In this document: positions 1 through 12,840 of the stretch, piece after piece | How the letters are laid out: every line of letters begins with the position of its first letter | Numbering within the stretch: the stretch's first letter is position 1 | Assembly: GCF_009914755.1 (NCBI RefSeq) | Contig: NC_060941.1 | DNA length: 64,000 bases | Strand: one strand, 5' to 3' | Origin: the human T2T-CHM13v2.0 reference genome, Homo sapiens | Notes under the pieces: generated by a model | Seen by the model: the letters and a program-made list of their open reading frames with translations, nothing else | Database searches by the model: none | What the model was told of the DNA's origin: nothing | Translations under genes and position numbers: made by a program

Positions 1-215
1 ATCACGATGACAGTTAACATCATTGAGGCTTTCTCTTTGCCAGGCCCTCCTGTGCACTTGAAGCAAATCAACTCATCTAACTCCTTGGTAACAACACTCA
101 GTATGTCCCCTTTTAATGGTAGGTCTCCAGGAAGGTAAGTGACTGGCCCAGGGTCACATGGCCAGGATAGGGCAGAGCCTGGACTCAAATCCAAGCAGTT
201 CCACTCCAGAGCTAG
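1..215 (-). mobile_element. MIR SINE fragment
   Basis: Antisense MIR core 'ggtaagtgactggcccagggtcacatggcc...agagcctggactcaaatccaagcag'. Confidence 0.65.
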
Positions 216-2364
216 TGGCCTAAAAATCCCCAATCCCAAAATTACTCTGGGAGGACATCGTATCACTGCCCCTAAATTTTCTGGTTTGTTGAATGGCGAT
301 AGTGACAGTGCTTGCCACACGGTGTCTTTAGGGAAAGCTCATCAGGAATATGGCTGTGGGGTACCCCCATAAACTGCCATGTACTGTAGAGTGGATCTTA
401 CCGCTGTCCCTGGGGCTTAGGTGGCACTTTGGGAGGCATTTTTATTTTTAATTCAAAAGACAGGAGAGGAGTTGATGCAGGTGGATGGGAAGCCAAGTTG
501 GGTGTATGAGACAAGAGAGGCAGAGACTCGGGAGGCAGCCGGACAGGAGGTGCTGTCAGAACTCAGTAGCCTGTGCTGATAAAGTGGTGAGTGGAGGCAA
601 ACAGAAGTTGCTTCAGAGCAGACTAAGCCTGGATTTCAGGAAACCTGCTGTGTTACCTTGCACAAGTCACTACCCCTCTCTGGTCCCGGTTTTCTCCTTT
701 GGAAGTAAAGTGAGGCAAAGAGGTAGGGACAGCGAAGAGTGGTGTGAAGATTCTCTCTAAGGTCATGTTCCATGTCACTGCACTATTTCACTTTACCTGA
801 GAGCTAGCCCTCAGCACAGTGGAATACAGGAAACAGATTTGGGGTGGGGGTATGATACAACAGCCAGCCCTCCACACGTTTTGCTTCTGGAGACCCAGAA
901 TCCAAGAAAAGGAAAATGCTCTGTTTCCACCCCACTCAGCTTGTACTCACCCCACCAACTCCCCAAGGTACCAAGAGGATGAGCATAGGAGAGATACCAG
1001 TTAAAGTCATGGATGTACTCACCCTCAGTTTCCTCACCTGAAAATGAAAATGACTATGGGGAGGGGGTGGTTTGGTTCTCTTCCAGCTCCACCAGCCTAG
1101 GGTTCTAGCATTCAAATGAAGCTGTTTTCCACTAGGTTATCTCTTTCTTTGGGGATAGATGTTGGGAGAGGGTGGGAGCAGTGCTAACTCAATTCTTCCT
1201 TGGGTAGAGCATCCTCTAGAGGGGGACAAGACTGGAGATGGGTGTGCTGTGGCTGCAGAGTACAGGATAAAGGAAGGGCTTTAATGTCTTCATGCAAATT
1301 GTGCATCAACTTGAGATAGAAATGCCACCTTCTCCAGGAAGCCCTCATGATTGTTCCCAGTACTGACTGTCTGAATGCATGTTCTCCCCTTCCTCCCATC
1401 TCAGCCCTCTCCTGTCTGGGTTCCCCCCTCACAAGTGTGTGTGCACGTGCACACACACATATACACACAGGCACCTCCACCCTGCAAGCCCATGTCCTCC
1501 ACTGACTGACCACACGTTCCCACCAGGCCGGCCTCTGACCCTGGTCCAAGGCCTGCGGGAGAATCTGCAGAGTCAGGGCTCTGTCCTCTTTTCCAATTTC
1601 CTTCTGCTTTGATTTTGCAGGTTCTTTGATTGCCCATGGACTTTCAGGCTCAGGCAAAGGGCAGCTCTTTGCAAGGAAAAAAAATAATGGAAGAAAACCC
1701 TGGGAAATAAATGCAGACTCTGCTTCCTTCTCCAGCCCAACATTCTGACCAGGCTCAAAGAAAGATCCTGTGACCACGGGGTCCCTCAGAGGCCGCTTCT
1801 GATGTGCAAGGCTGCCAGTGTGTTAAAACAATGAAGATTTTGCCAAAATCAGCTTACAAAAAATTGTGCTATATATTACATCTTGAATATTAACAATTTA
1901 ATGCTTTAACAAAAAAATTACAATGTAATATAATTGCTATGTTAACAAGATAATTACAGGTTTATTTTTAATTAATTCATAATATGCTACAGATGGTGTG
2001 GTCTGTTAATAGGACCAAGTTTAACATTATAGGATGAACTGTTTCTTTTACCCAACTGGGCAGCACTGAGACAGGAGAAATTACCTCATTTGAAGATAAT
2101 GTCAAGAGTTGAACCTGAGACTGTGGCACCCAGACTGAAAGCTTCTCCTGTCCCTTCCGGCTCCCCAACTCCCTTCCCCCGTGACAAATCTCTGCTCCTG
2201 AACATGCCCACTCTCCCAGAGATACCTGAAACCACAGAGCCGGAAGGAAATTTCAGATGAACGGTTCAGACTCCTCCACTGTCCAGATGGGGAGATTAAG
2301 GCCCCATTCAGCAGTCTGGTGTCATAAGAGCTTATTTCCAAACACACCTCTTACACTTATTACG

Positions 2365-2490
2365 TACGTGGCCCTAAGAAAGTCAGGTCACCCCTCTGAG
2401 CCTCAGTTTGCTCAGTTATGAAATAGGCACAATAAAGCTTGCCTCTGGAGCTGGAGTGAAGTATTAAACAATACATACTGGTGACATGTA
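2365..2490 (+). mobile_element. MIR SINE fragment
   Basis: MIR core 'ctctgagcctcagtttgctcagttatgaaatagg'. Confidence 0.6.
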
Positions 2491-3179
2491 TTTATGTCAC
2501 CCTCATCTGACTCCTGTCCCATCAGGTGAGGGTGATGTGGATGGGACTGGCAGCAGGAAAGGCTCAAACGCAGGCCAGGACTCTGTGTCCCCTCGTCTCA
2601 CCTGCCCCTCCTCCACTGAGCAGTAAGCAGGGTTGGAGCACAGAGCAGCCCCTAATTCCAAATCCAGGGGAGAAGCTGTGTCTCGTGGCACACATCATGC
2701 CCCCTGGATGACCTACGCCTTCACCCTCCACCATGAAATAAGGGGAGAGCTTGAGGTCAGAGAGGAACTGGCCATCTGAGAAGTGGAAGGCTGGAGCCCC
2801 CAACCCCCAGCACCATCGTATGCAACTCAAGCCATCTGCATCTGGCCTGTCTACGTGGGAGAGAAAGAGAGTCAGTCGAACTGAGTCCAGCCCTGGGGAT
2901 TAAGTGACATAGGAGGTAGGTTGAGGCCTGGGCAGAAGGTAACCCCAGCAGGCCTGACTCTGGACCCCTGGCACCCAGAGACCTGCTCCCAAACAATCCC
3001 TCCCATTTCTCTTCCATCTTAAAACCAAAGAGACTGAGCCCCAGGATTCCAATAGTTGAAGAGGATCCCAGGCTTTTCAGCCCTTAATTGAGAGGTGAGG
3101 GAGGGAGGTGGGGAGCGAGACCATGGCTGGGTTAGGAACACAGGAGAACGTAGGCAGAGCAGCAACAGTCCAAGCCAGA

Positions 3180-4005
3180 CCCCCTTCCTCACCACCTGCC
3201 CACTGAAACAACTTCTAGCAAGGTCACCAAGAACCAACACTTAGTAAAAGTCAGTTGTCTCTGCTCTCTCCTTCCCTTGTTTAGTCTCTTGGGAATGTCC
3301 AGCATGGTTGCCACTCCCACCCTCTTGAAACGATTGCTTCTCTTGCTTCCTTGGTAACATGTTCATCTAGTTTTCTTCCTCCTTCAGGGCCACTTCTCCA
3401 ACTCCTTTCCAGGACTTCTCCTTTGCCTAAATTTTGGAGTGTCCCAGCTCCCTTATCCTCTGAATGAACCCTGTCTCTCCAGGGGACCTCACTCATTCAT
3501 ATTGCTTTCTATATCATCTGTGTGCTGATCACCTCTACATTTATATCTCCAGCTCTGGCCATGCCTTTGGCCTGCAGACTCATTTATCCAACTGCCCATT
3601 CAATATCGGAGGCATCTGAAACTCATTAAGTCCAAAAAGAGCCTTTGATTTCACCTACAAAGCCACTCCTCCCACTCCCTACAAGCCTTCCGCATCTCAG
3701 GAAGTAGCACCTCCATCCACCAGTGGCCCACATATCCAGAGTGATCCTTGCTTCCTTTTTACACACTGTACAGTGAGCCCTATTGGCTCCACCTCCTAAA
3801 CATATCCCGAGTCTGAGCATTTATCAGCAACCCCATGCTGTGGTCCTACACTACCCTCTCACCTGCACCACCACACCTGTTCCCTGCTGGCCTTCCACTG
3901 CCAGCTGCTTATACAGCTGCTTTATACAGCAGCCAGAGCACCATGCCCCTGCTTACACTCTCCAACGGCTTCTCATCACAACCAGAATAAAACCAAATAC
4001 CGTAA
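3180..4005 (+). mobile_element. L2 LINE fragment (interrupted by LTR33, resumes ~4400-4850 around an Alu)
   Basis: L2-like pyrimidine-rich text such as 'aaggtcaccaa', 'tttatatctccagctc', 'cagactcatttatccaactgcc', 'ctctccaacggcttctcatcaca'. Confidence 0.7.
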
Positions 4006-4010
4006 TGTGC

Positions 4011-4400
4011 TGTCACAGCTCAGTTTCCCTGGAAAGATTGGAAAATGGTATGTAGGAAGTTAATTGGGATGTGCTCTCAGGATTACACCTGTGGGAAAGG
4101 AAGAAAGCAGAATTGGTAGGGGAAATGTTGAGCTACAATGCAGAAGCAACAGAGACCTCAGCCAATCCCACAGAAGCTCTAGAGCAGGGATGACCTTTCA
4201 GAGTTGTCCCAGAATAGGAAGTCAAGCCTTACACTCCTGCATCAACCTATCATAGATATGGGCTGCCTTCACCCAGGAATAGCGTGTGACCTCAATTGGA
4301 CCAGGCAGCCCTCTTCAGCTGACAGCAATTCCTAGAGAGAACTCAGATGAGTGCTTTCAGCTGCTCGAGGAGGAGGGCAACCCACCACAGCATCTACTAG
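4011..4400 (-). mobile_element. LTR33-like ERVL solo LTR
   Basis: Reverse complement resembles LTR33: 'agacctcagccaatcccacagaagctctagagcagggatgacctttcagagttgtccc', terminus 'caccacagcatctacta'. Confidence 0.7.
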
Positions 4401-4462
4401 ACAAGACAAACAAGACTTGGCATGATCTGACTCTCTCATCAATGCATCTCCCACCACCACCT

Positions 4463-4774
4463 GTTTTGTTTTGTTTTGTTTTTTGTTTTTTTAAGATGGA
4501 GTCTTGCTCTTGTTGCCCCGGCTGGAGTGCGATGGCATGATTCGGCTCACTGCAACCTCTGCCTCCCGGGTTCAAGCAATTATTTTTACTCAGCCTCCTG
4601 TGTAGCTGGGATTACAGGCTCCCGCCACCATGCCCAGCTAATTTTTGTATTTTTAGTAGAGACGGGTTTTCCCCATGTTAGCCAGGCTGGTCTCAGACTC
4701 CTGACCTCAGGTGATCCACCGGCCTTGGCCTCCCAAAGTGCCGGGATTATAGCCGTGAGCCACCAAGCCCGGCC
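4463..4774 (-). mobile_element. AluS (Sq/Sp-like)
   Basis: Full dimeric Alu in antisense with (TTTTG)n tail and 'ctcttgttgccc' diagnostic. Confidence 0.95.
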
Positions 4775-4859
4775 CTCCCCCACGTTCACTGTGCTCCAGC
4801 CACAGTGACCTTCATTTGGCCTCCAAAACAAGCTCAAGAACTCTGCTCTTATTGCTTCT

Positions 4860-4990
4860 TCTGTGTCTCATCCTTCTTATGTGTAAAATGGAGAAAATCA
4901 TACATCTGCTTCATAGCGTAGTTAAGAGGATTAAATGAGTCAATACATGTAAAGAGCAGTGCTTGGCATGGAAGGTGTTATATAATCAGA
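4860..4990 (+). mobile_element. MIR 3' part
   Basis: 'tgtaaaatggagaaaat...gaggattaaatgagtcaatacatgtaaag...cagtgcttggca'. Confidence 0.75.
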
Positions 4991-4996
4991 AGCAAA

Positions 4997-5188
4997 TGAT
5001 AGTGATGGTGATGATGATAATGATGGTGATGACAGTGATGATGATAACAATGGTTAAGATGATGATGGTGATGGTAATGATGGTGATGATGATAATGATG
5101 ATGGTGAGGATGATGTTGATAATAATGATGGTAATGATGATGGTGATGGTGATGATGATGATGATGTTGTTGATGGTGATGGTGATGG
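4997..5188. repeat. Degenerate (GAT/GGT/AAT)n trinucleotide repeat
   Basis: ~190 bp of gat/ggt/aat triplets read directly. Confidence 0.95.
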
Positions 5189-5393
5189 AGAATGAAACTC
5201 CCTTCTCTTAAATCACTGTATGGCTACCGCTTCTCAACATTCAAGCATTTTCTCAAATGCCACCTCCTCAGAGAATCCCTCCCTGACCCAAGCCAGGCAG
5301 CACACTCCTAATCACTGTTCACCTTCCAACCCCGGTTTATCTTCTTCATGACACTTAACAGCACCTGATACTATCTTATTTGTTTGTTTACAT

Positions 5394-5600
5394 CAGTGGT
5401 TCTCAACCAAGGGTGGCTTTTGCTCCCCAGGGAACACTTGGCAATATCTGGAGACACTTTTGGTTGTCACAACTGGGCAGGGGGAGTGCTACTACATCTA
5501 GTGAGTAGAGGCCAGGATATTGCTAAGCTTCCAAAGGGAAGCCCTACAACAAAGGTATCTGGCCCAAAATGTCAACAGTGTTGACAGTAAGAAATCTTGG
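5394..5600 (+). mobile_element. MER20 (hAT-Charlie)
   Basis: 'cagtggttctcaacc...ttggcaatatctggagacacttttggttgtcacaactggg...gtagaggccaggga...cccaaaatgtcaacagtg'. Confidence 0.9.
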
Positions 5601-6139
5601 TTTACTTTTTATTTTTTTTTCTCCTCCATGAGAAGGTCTGTCTTGTTCACCCTCATATCCACAATATTGACACCTTGTAGATCCTTACTCCATATATGCT
5701 GACTGTCAGTGCTTACAATAACGTTTCACATGGGGTAAGTGGTCTAAAACTGTTTGCTGAGGGAATATGTGCCAAGCCCTATGACTTAATAGCTGCGTGA
5801 GCTTGGTGAGTCACTTAACTTTCCTGAGCTTCTATTTGCAATTTGCTTATTTGTAAAATAGCATAAATATTCATTAATGAAACCGACAGTTACCAAGATC
5901 TCACTGAGTTCCTGTCCTGTCCACTCTTTAGAACCATTTTGGGGATTGCAGGAGGTCCATGGATTCATCCTGAGACTTGCTCAAATGTCACCTCCCCTGT
6001 GAAGCGCTCCCTGATCCTTGCCTTCCTCAGCTACCCACCATCACTAAGGCAAATAAGTCTCTCCTTTTCCAGGCTCCAAAAGCCCCTTGTTCACACCTAT
6101 GTGGTAGTGAACCGTGCTATTGGCTTGAAATGCTTGATA

Positions 6140-6890
6140 AGTTCTCAGCCCTATCAGACTCTGTCCCTTTTATAACAAATAGTTTGTAATGGTTCCTTTA
6201 CAATCCTGAAATGAAATTCATATACAGTATAACCTACCTAGACACATCACTGGAAAATAAATCAACATAATGCCCTAACTGTAAGATAAAAAAGTAAAAT
6301 AAAGATAATTTATAATAAAATATGTATCTCAATATGTAAATGCTCAGGTTTGATGGCACTAGAAGACATAATGAAGTCGTCAGAGGTTTGTGTCTACACA
6401 TTAGCTCACCCTGAGGGCCAGAGCCTCAAACACTCGGGAGGTTGTGTCTGGGACTCCACTGCCACAAAGAGCTTTGCCATTGGAAATGTGATTTTCCAGA
6501 AATGATGAATAACTCTTGGTAATGTTTCCAACGGAACAATCTTCCTTCAATTTACATGGTAGTTGTACTCCCAGAAAAATCAGTGTATATTAAATTCATG
6601 ACACAAATACTTTATGTTTATATGTATAACATAGGTTCCAGGCTCAAATAATTATAAACAGGTTTTTTGTCTACTTGAATGTCGACCAAGATATTTGCAA
6701 GTCGCGTGGGATGTGGAGTGATGCTTCACTGAGCAGGATCATCCCTGCTTCGACGAGCGTTTAACATCCTTGGCCACTCCCACTAAATGCCAGTAGCATC
6801 CCCTATAGTGATTGTGAACATCGAAAATGTCCCCCTGCTTATTTACAAAACTGTCCCTCCACGATGGCACTGCCCTCATGGAGAATTTCT
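6140..6890. mobile_element. MER20B-like hAT-Charlie element
   Basis: AT-rich ~750 bp with a MER20-type terminus; distantly similar to 17745-18750. Confidence 0.55.
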
Positions 6891-6979
6891 CTTCTAGTTT
6901 GTGTCTTTCACCTGCCTATGAGCTACCAGAGGACAGATGAACTTGTACATGACAGGTACTCAAGAAATTCTGATCGGCT

Positions 6980-7956
6980 GTAACACATGTGATCATACCC
7001 CATGCATATCCCCTCAGCCAGCCCTGGAGGTTGCCTGCAGAAAGACCTGCCAACGGTGACAGATGGGTGTCCTCCAGCCCCGGGAGTGTGCCAATCCATG
7101 TACTGATCAGGCCAAAAGCGCCAGGGAGCTAACAGCCCACAGACAACCCTCTGCCAAGGAGGGCTGGGGTTGGGGGATAAATTCCCCAACTTCCTCGCCC
7201 CTCCATGGGACCAAAATAAGGCACACTGGGAAGTATTCCAGAGAATCTGCCATGAGCCTGAGAGCCCCAGCTGCCCACAGACCCACAGAGATAACCCTCG
7301 TGAACACCCCATACCTGGCTCTCCTTCCTTCCTGTCTCATTTCCCCACTCCCTCAGAGCATTTCCTGGGATCACCTCCCAGATATACTCCTTGCACTCAG
7401 ATTCTTGTGTCAGTGTGTTTCAGGCACTATTGTTACACAACAAACCACCCCAGAATCGCTTGAAACAGCAAGGATTTCTGATTTCCCCTGATTCGGCTGT
7501 TGGCTGGGCGGTTCCTCTGAGGTTTCACTGGGTCCCGCAGAGCCGGAGGGTCCCCTGAGCTGGAAGATCAAAGCTGGCCTCACCCACTGTTCGGCAGGTG
7601 GTGCAGGCTGTTGGCCGGGGAAGGCTCTGTCCTCCTCCTCCTCGAGGCTTCTCACCCTGCAGTAGCTGGACTTGCATGGCAGCCTCACAACAGTGCCCCA
7701 AGATGGCAAACGAGAAAGCAGCAAGCCTCTTGAGCCCACGCTCCAGATCACAAACAACATCCCTTTCTGTTACATTCCATAGGTCAAGGCAAGACACAAG
7801 ATCAGCCCGGGTTCATGGTAGGTAGAGAAACAGATCTTGTCTCGGGATTGGAGTTGCAGCAAAGGCATGTGCATGCAGGGTGGGAGGAATTTATGATCAT
7901 TAAAAAATCTGCCACTTGGGGTCTGCTGTGGGTAGGGGTAACCCCAAATTAAGACA
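6980..7956 (+). mobile_element. LTR16-family solo LTR split by an MLT1 insertion (LTR16 parts 6980-7407 and ~7916-7956)
   Basis: 'ttcctgggatcacctcccagatatactccttgcactcagattcttg' resumes as 'gggtctgc...aaccccaaattaagaca'. Confidence 0.75.
7408..7915 (-). mobile_element. MLT1 (MaLR) LTR
   Basis: 'tattgttacacaacaaaccaccccagaa...acattccataggtcaaggcaagacacaagatcagccc...tctgccac'. Confidence 0.75.
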
Positions 7957-8929
7957 TCAGCCAAATCAAGCAATGACACGGGCAGACTAATGTCTGGCGG
8001 CATGACAGAGGGGAAGATGTGGATGTGTGAATGCACTTTGGAAACAGAGGCACAGCCCAAGTTGCTGGTGCTGACCAGGATGTGCAGCTCCTGGAAACAC
8101 AGGCTGGGAGGAAGGCAAGACCATCTTAGCATCTCTAGTTCCACTGCTGAACTTGTGTTTTTCCACAAGACTGCATAATTCACCAAGGCACAATTACTTA
8201 CGGAAGAACATAAACAGTGTGTGCCATGGGCCCGTGGGGGTTTGTAATTCAGACATGTCTCCAGGGATAATTAAAATCTCTCCTCGGAACAGGAAGTCTT
8301 GAAATAGTGCTACAGTGGTGTGCCCTGCTCCTGCTGAACCCAGGGTGGTGGCCAGGGACTCCTCAGGACAGGATGAGGAGCTGAGGGTGGGGAAGGAGAA
8401 GGTGGTCAGGACCTGCAATCCTGGGAGAACTCAGTGGACGCCCAACTGCAGCAGCAGGAGGGAGTTCAATGTCGGGGAGAACTTCTCTTATCACCAGGGC
8501 TCATTTTTAGACCATGGTAAGGGCTGTCCCCTTTGCCCGTGGATGGTAAGGACAGATGGAGGGAGGCCTGGTTTAGACAGAGCCATGGTACAGGTTAGAT
8601 GGGCCCATCTAGTTGTGTTCTGTGTCTGAGTGAGGCTGATAATCAGGGATGGGATTCTTTCACGGATAAGGGAGAGGAAGGGAAGAGGAAGGGAACATTG
8701 AGTCTTAAAGACCTACTCCATGTCAGGCTCTATGCTAAGCACTTTACACCCCTTCTCATTCAACCTGTACCCATTTTCCAGTTCTGAAAGTGCTAAGCCC
8801 AAGAACATAAAGCCACTACGTGGCAGAGCAGGGACCCAGGCCTCTTGACTCCAAAGTCCACAGGAGTGTCTAGAGGAAGCCAGCAAATAAGGTGAAGTGT
8901 TGCACAGCAGACAGAAGAGAGGACACTCT

Positions 8930-9250
8930 CTAGAAGGGGACAAATGGCTCTGCCTTAAAGTCCTTGAAAGCCAGTAAGAAAAAGAGAGTTGAGCCTTATG
9001 GTGTGTATCTCCAAAGGCCAGGACCATGCCAGGAAATGGATGTGATCAGAAGACAGATTTCGGTTTGGTACAAGAAACAGCTTTTTAACAGGCAGAATCA
9101 TCCCACTCTGGAATGAATGAGCCATATGGAGAGGTGGTGAGCTCCCCATCCCTAGACACATGTAAGCACAGGCTCAATGCCCTCCAGCAGTACTTCTGTA
9201 GAAAGGTTAGATCTGGTACCTCTGCAGTCTCTTGGACCCTAAGTTTCCAG
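8930..9250 (+). mobile_element. L3/CR1 LINE 3' fragment
   Basis: 'gacagatttcgg...ctttttaacagg...tggaatg...gaggtggtgagctccccatccctaga...aagcacaggct'. Confidence 0.7.
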
Positions 9251-10879
9251 GGATCTCTGGGAGGGGCTGAGTGCCTTGGGCGGGGTACCCTGATGGGCAT
9301 AGGCAAAGTTGAGCCAGGAGAGAGTTCGTGACTAATGGAAGAGCTCTGGACCCTGCCTTCTCCCTTCCCTGCCCTCCCAGAGCCTCCAGGCTTCTCATTT
9401 GCTGCTCTCCTGGCAAAGCTACTGGCTGGTGGAGGGGAGGGATCAGGAGGTGCCCCCACCCCGCCTGCATGCTGAATGGCAACAAGTTAACCTGCTGACC
9501 CTTAATCAAAGTCTCCAAGCGCAGCAGCTGGATGGATGCACCATTTCTCCAGCTCCAATTACTCAGCAGGAAGTTCATCTGGTGGCAAGAAGCAGAAGGA
9601 GCTGAAGACGAAGAGAGCGAAGATGGAACGGTCCTGGGGGAGATCACAGCCATGGCCTCAGCCCAGGGCTGGGTCAGCTTCCAGCCCGGCCCAGGCCCAC
9701 AGAGCTCCAGCCACCTGGAGAGGCCTGTGCTGAGGGGAGGGAGGGGAGAGGCTGGGGACCTTGGGACAGTCCAGGCTCTTCTGGTGTCAGGGAACTGGAT
9801 CATAGAATCCTGAAAGATGCTGCTCCCCACACAGAGCCTTCCCATTTCAAAGGCTGCCAGCAGCACACAGGGGACATCTGAAGACTGTGGGGAGGCCTCT
9901 GTCAACCCTAGGTACCCCTTCTATCCCCCGTTCCACCCAACCTCAACACCCTGTGTTCCCTCTGGGACCAACCAGCCCTAAGAAGCCCAGAAAAGGCAGC
10001 ATGGATAGAACAATTTCCCTGCAATCAACCCCCAGGCTCTGTCCCACCTCCAGAATTGAACTGGGATTGTTGCCATATATGGAGATATCCAGAACAGGGT
10101 CCTGCCAGCCCCCCTTCCTCTGTCCCCAGACATTCCTCCCCCTTCAGGGGTACATGGACATGGAAAGGGGGTTCCAGGCCCTAAACCTACATGTTGAGAG
10201 GTATGAGAGGCTCCCCTCCGAGAAGCAGACACAGTCCCTGGGAGAGTGCAGTCTGATGGGGGAGACACAGACCCTATCCCGGCAGATCTGCCAGTATGAT
10301 TTCTGAGTTCAAGAACTCCAGTCTGAGAGAGGAAGACAACACACAAAGATGGACTTGCAAATGCCCACCAGTGAGAAGGTCCCCTGACCTTCTGTCACAC
10401 TCATGCATAAGCCACAGGCTGCAGAAGGAAGCGCTGGGGTCACCCCCGGGGGCTCCACTGAGGAGGGGTTCAGTTCTGAGGTGGCTTCACTTCCTCCAAA
10501 CTCAGCCTCAGAAGGCGCTTCCTGGAGCACAGGGGCGCAGGTCTGTACCACTGTGGGAGCCAAGGAAGAGCAGCTTATTAATTTAATCCTTAAGCAAATT
10601 TACAAAATTGTCAGTGGATTTGCAGGAAGCCGAGGGAAGTGGCTTCCACGGAAGCTGGCAGCTGCTGTCCTGCCAGGGGGATTTGCCTTGCTGCGTGGGA
10701 GCGGGCAGGGATGGGGAGGCTTCATGCCTCAGAACCCCTTCCCCAGCACCTCCTGGCAGGGACCCTGCTTCTCCACATATCTCCTCTGTCAGTCTCTTCC
10801 CTAAAAACAGAACCTGAAAATTGGTCTGGGAGGACCTCAGCCACAACGGCCACTGATAGAAATAATTATAGATGCGGAG

Positions 10880-11050
10880 TAAGCACTTCCAGCGTGCCAA
10901 TGCTGAACATATATGAATTCATCATCAGGAATGACACAGGTACTGTTATTGTCACTGTTTACAGATGGGAAAACTGAGGCACAGAAAGGCTAGGTTGCCC
11001 AAGGTCACACAGCTCATAAATGGCAGGGGCAGGATCCAAGCCAGGGCAAC
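10880..11050 (-). mobile_element. MIR fragment
   Basis: 'tttacagatgggaaaactgaggcacagaaagg...gcccaaggtcacacagct'. Confidence 0.8.
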
Positions 11051-12159
11051 CATTCTCAACCTCTGTGCCCTTCTACACCCTTAGTCTCTTGCCTCTCTCT
11101 TTTGCTTTTGGCTTCTGTCAAAAGGAGACCCATCTTCCCACACCCATGGGGATGCTAAGCCAACTATTTCTCATGCTGTTCCTAAGGGCAGCCCCAAGTG
11201 TCATCCTGATCATTCCCCAGCCTCCAAATGCCCGAGCCACTCCATTCCTGGTAAATACCTCCATCTTCTACCTGCCCTGCCCTCTTTCAGCCACTTCTTC
11301 CGCCCCACGCCCCACGAGAATCGGTGCTTCCCTTCAAAATTGGAACCTCCCGAGAGCACGGACTTGGGTCCCAAGCCTTGGCACAGTCCATCTGGGTCCC
11401 TGAGTAAGGCATGGCTTCTTGAAGGGGTCCCAGGCCTTCAAGTCCTGCAGCAATTCTCCTGCCTCCTTGATAAGGCCTGTGCCCAACAGCCTTCGGGTTT
11501 GAGGAGAAGGCTGCTACGAGCCAGCGTGGCCCAGGCCCAGCTGACTGAATCTCCAATCTCCACAGAGACTGAGGCTGGTTAACCTGTTGGGAGAGTTCAA
11601 TGATCACGTGCCGATAAGGAATTAGAAAAGCCCTGACCAGCTGGTGACCCTATCCAGCCACCGTCCCTGGTCCGGCTCCAGCACCCCTGTCCAGCAGATC
11701 TCTCATTAGCATCTTAATGTGAGGAACATATGCAATGAGGCATCTGAGAGAATCCCCAGCATTTAAATTCATTAACAGTCCCTGGAAGTCTTCAGTGCGG
11801 AGGTGGAATTATCGCTAAACTGCTTTTAACTTACCAGCTGTGCACTGAACGGCAGAGGAGCCTGGCTTTAGGGTTTGGGAGGGGAGTTGGAGGGGAGTTA
11901 GTTGGAGGGGCACTACTGTCTGGGGCCCAAAGCCCAAGCCCAGGGATGCTGAGGCTCCTGGCTGGAGGGCTGTTTTCCAGATTATGTTCAACACCCTAAT
12001 GATGAGTGAAAAATTCAATCAATCAGCTGGCTTGTCCACTTAGAAACAAACAGCCGCCTCAACTGATATTGATGTGGCTGTGCGTTTCAGGTCAAGTTTC
12101 GTGACCCTGCCTCTCTCTGCTCAGTGTATGATGGATGATAGAGGAAATGTCTTTCCTCT

Positions 12160-12545
12160 CCCGGGAGTGGCCTTCCTCTGACTGGCCAGACCCTCCCTAT
12201 GCTTCATAGCCCCATCAGGCGGCATTTCCTGACACTGTCCTCCTTTTCCCACCTGGTTTCTGTCCAGCATTTTCACCTCCCATCCCAGCACACAGCCCAC
12301 AGTGCCATGACCTTACTAAGATCTGTCTCTTCCATGTGCCCAAGAATCCCGGAGAGCAGCATTGGGCCTGTGTGTATCCCAGAGTCCAGTCAGCCCCTGG
12401 CACAAAAGATACGCTCAACAGAGATTCACTGAATTAATTAATTGATTGATTAAATGCTCCTCTCTGCCTGCAGTGTCAATCACAGTGCCTGGCTCATTGT
12501 AGATTCTTAATAAATATTTGCTGAATAAATGTTGAATGACAGACA
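12160..12545 (+). mobile_element. L2 3' ends (donor segment A of the chimeric insert lies inside)
   Basis: 'gtatcccagagtccagtcagcccctggcacaaaagatacgctcaaca' and 'cagtgcctggctcattgtag...aataaatatttgctgaat'. Confidence 0.6.
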
Positions 12546-12639
12546 GATAAGTGGTAGATGCAAGGATGGTCTGGGGATAAGGAGGTTAAGATTTATGAAT
12601 TCAATGCTTTATTCAACAAATATTGAATAACTAATCAGA

Positions 12640-12838
12640 ATGATGGTTAATATTTATATTCGGCTTACTATCTGCAAAGCACATGTTAACCCATTTAATA
12701 CTTATAACAACTCTGTAAGAGGATTCTAACACTGTCCTCATTTTACAGATGGGAAAACTGAGGCATCTAAGCAACTTACCCAAGGCTCTACAGTTAATGC
12801 TTCATGGAGCAGGGATTTGAATCTAGAGTCTAGCTCAA
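12640..12838 (-). mobile_element. MIR fragment
   Basis: 'cctcattttacagatgggaaaactgaggc...cttacccaagg...ggagcagggatttgaatc'. Confidence 0.8.
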
Positions 12839-12840
12839 GG

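Noticed and set aside
4963-5211. Met/Val/Ile-rich ORF
   Set aside because: Translation of a GAT/GGT simple repeat.
9207-9905. Longest ORF (232 aa, minus strand), and the similar 19758-20414, 63002-63622 and 1184-1777 ORFs
   Set aside because: No recognisable domain, Ser/Pro/Gly/Trp-rich random composition and many overlapping ORFs in other frames; expected by chance at this GC content.
12428-12456. aattaattaattgattgattaaat as a homeodomain cluster
   Set aside because: It is the simple-repeat tail of an L2.
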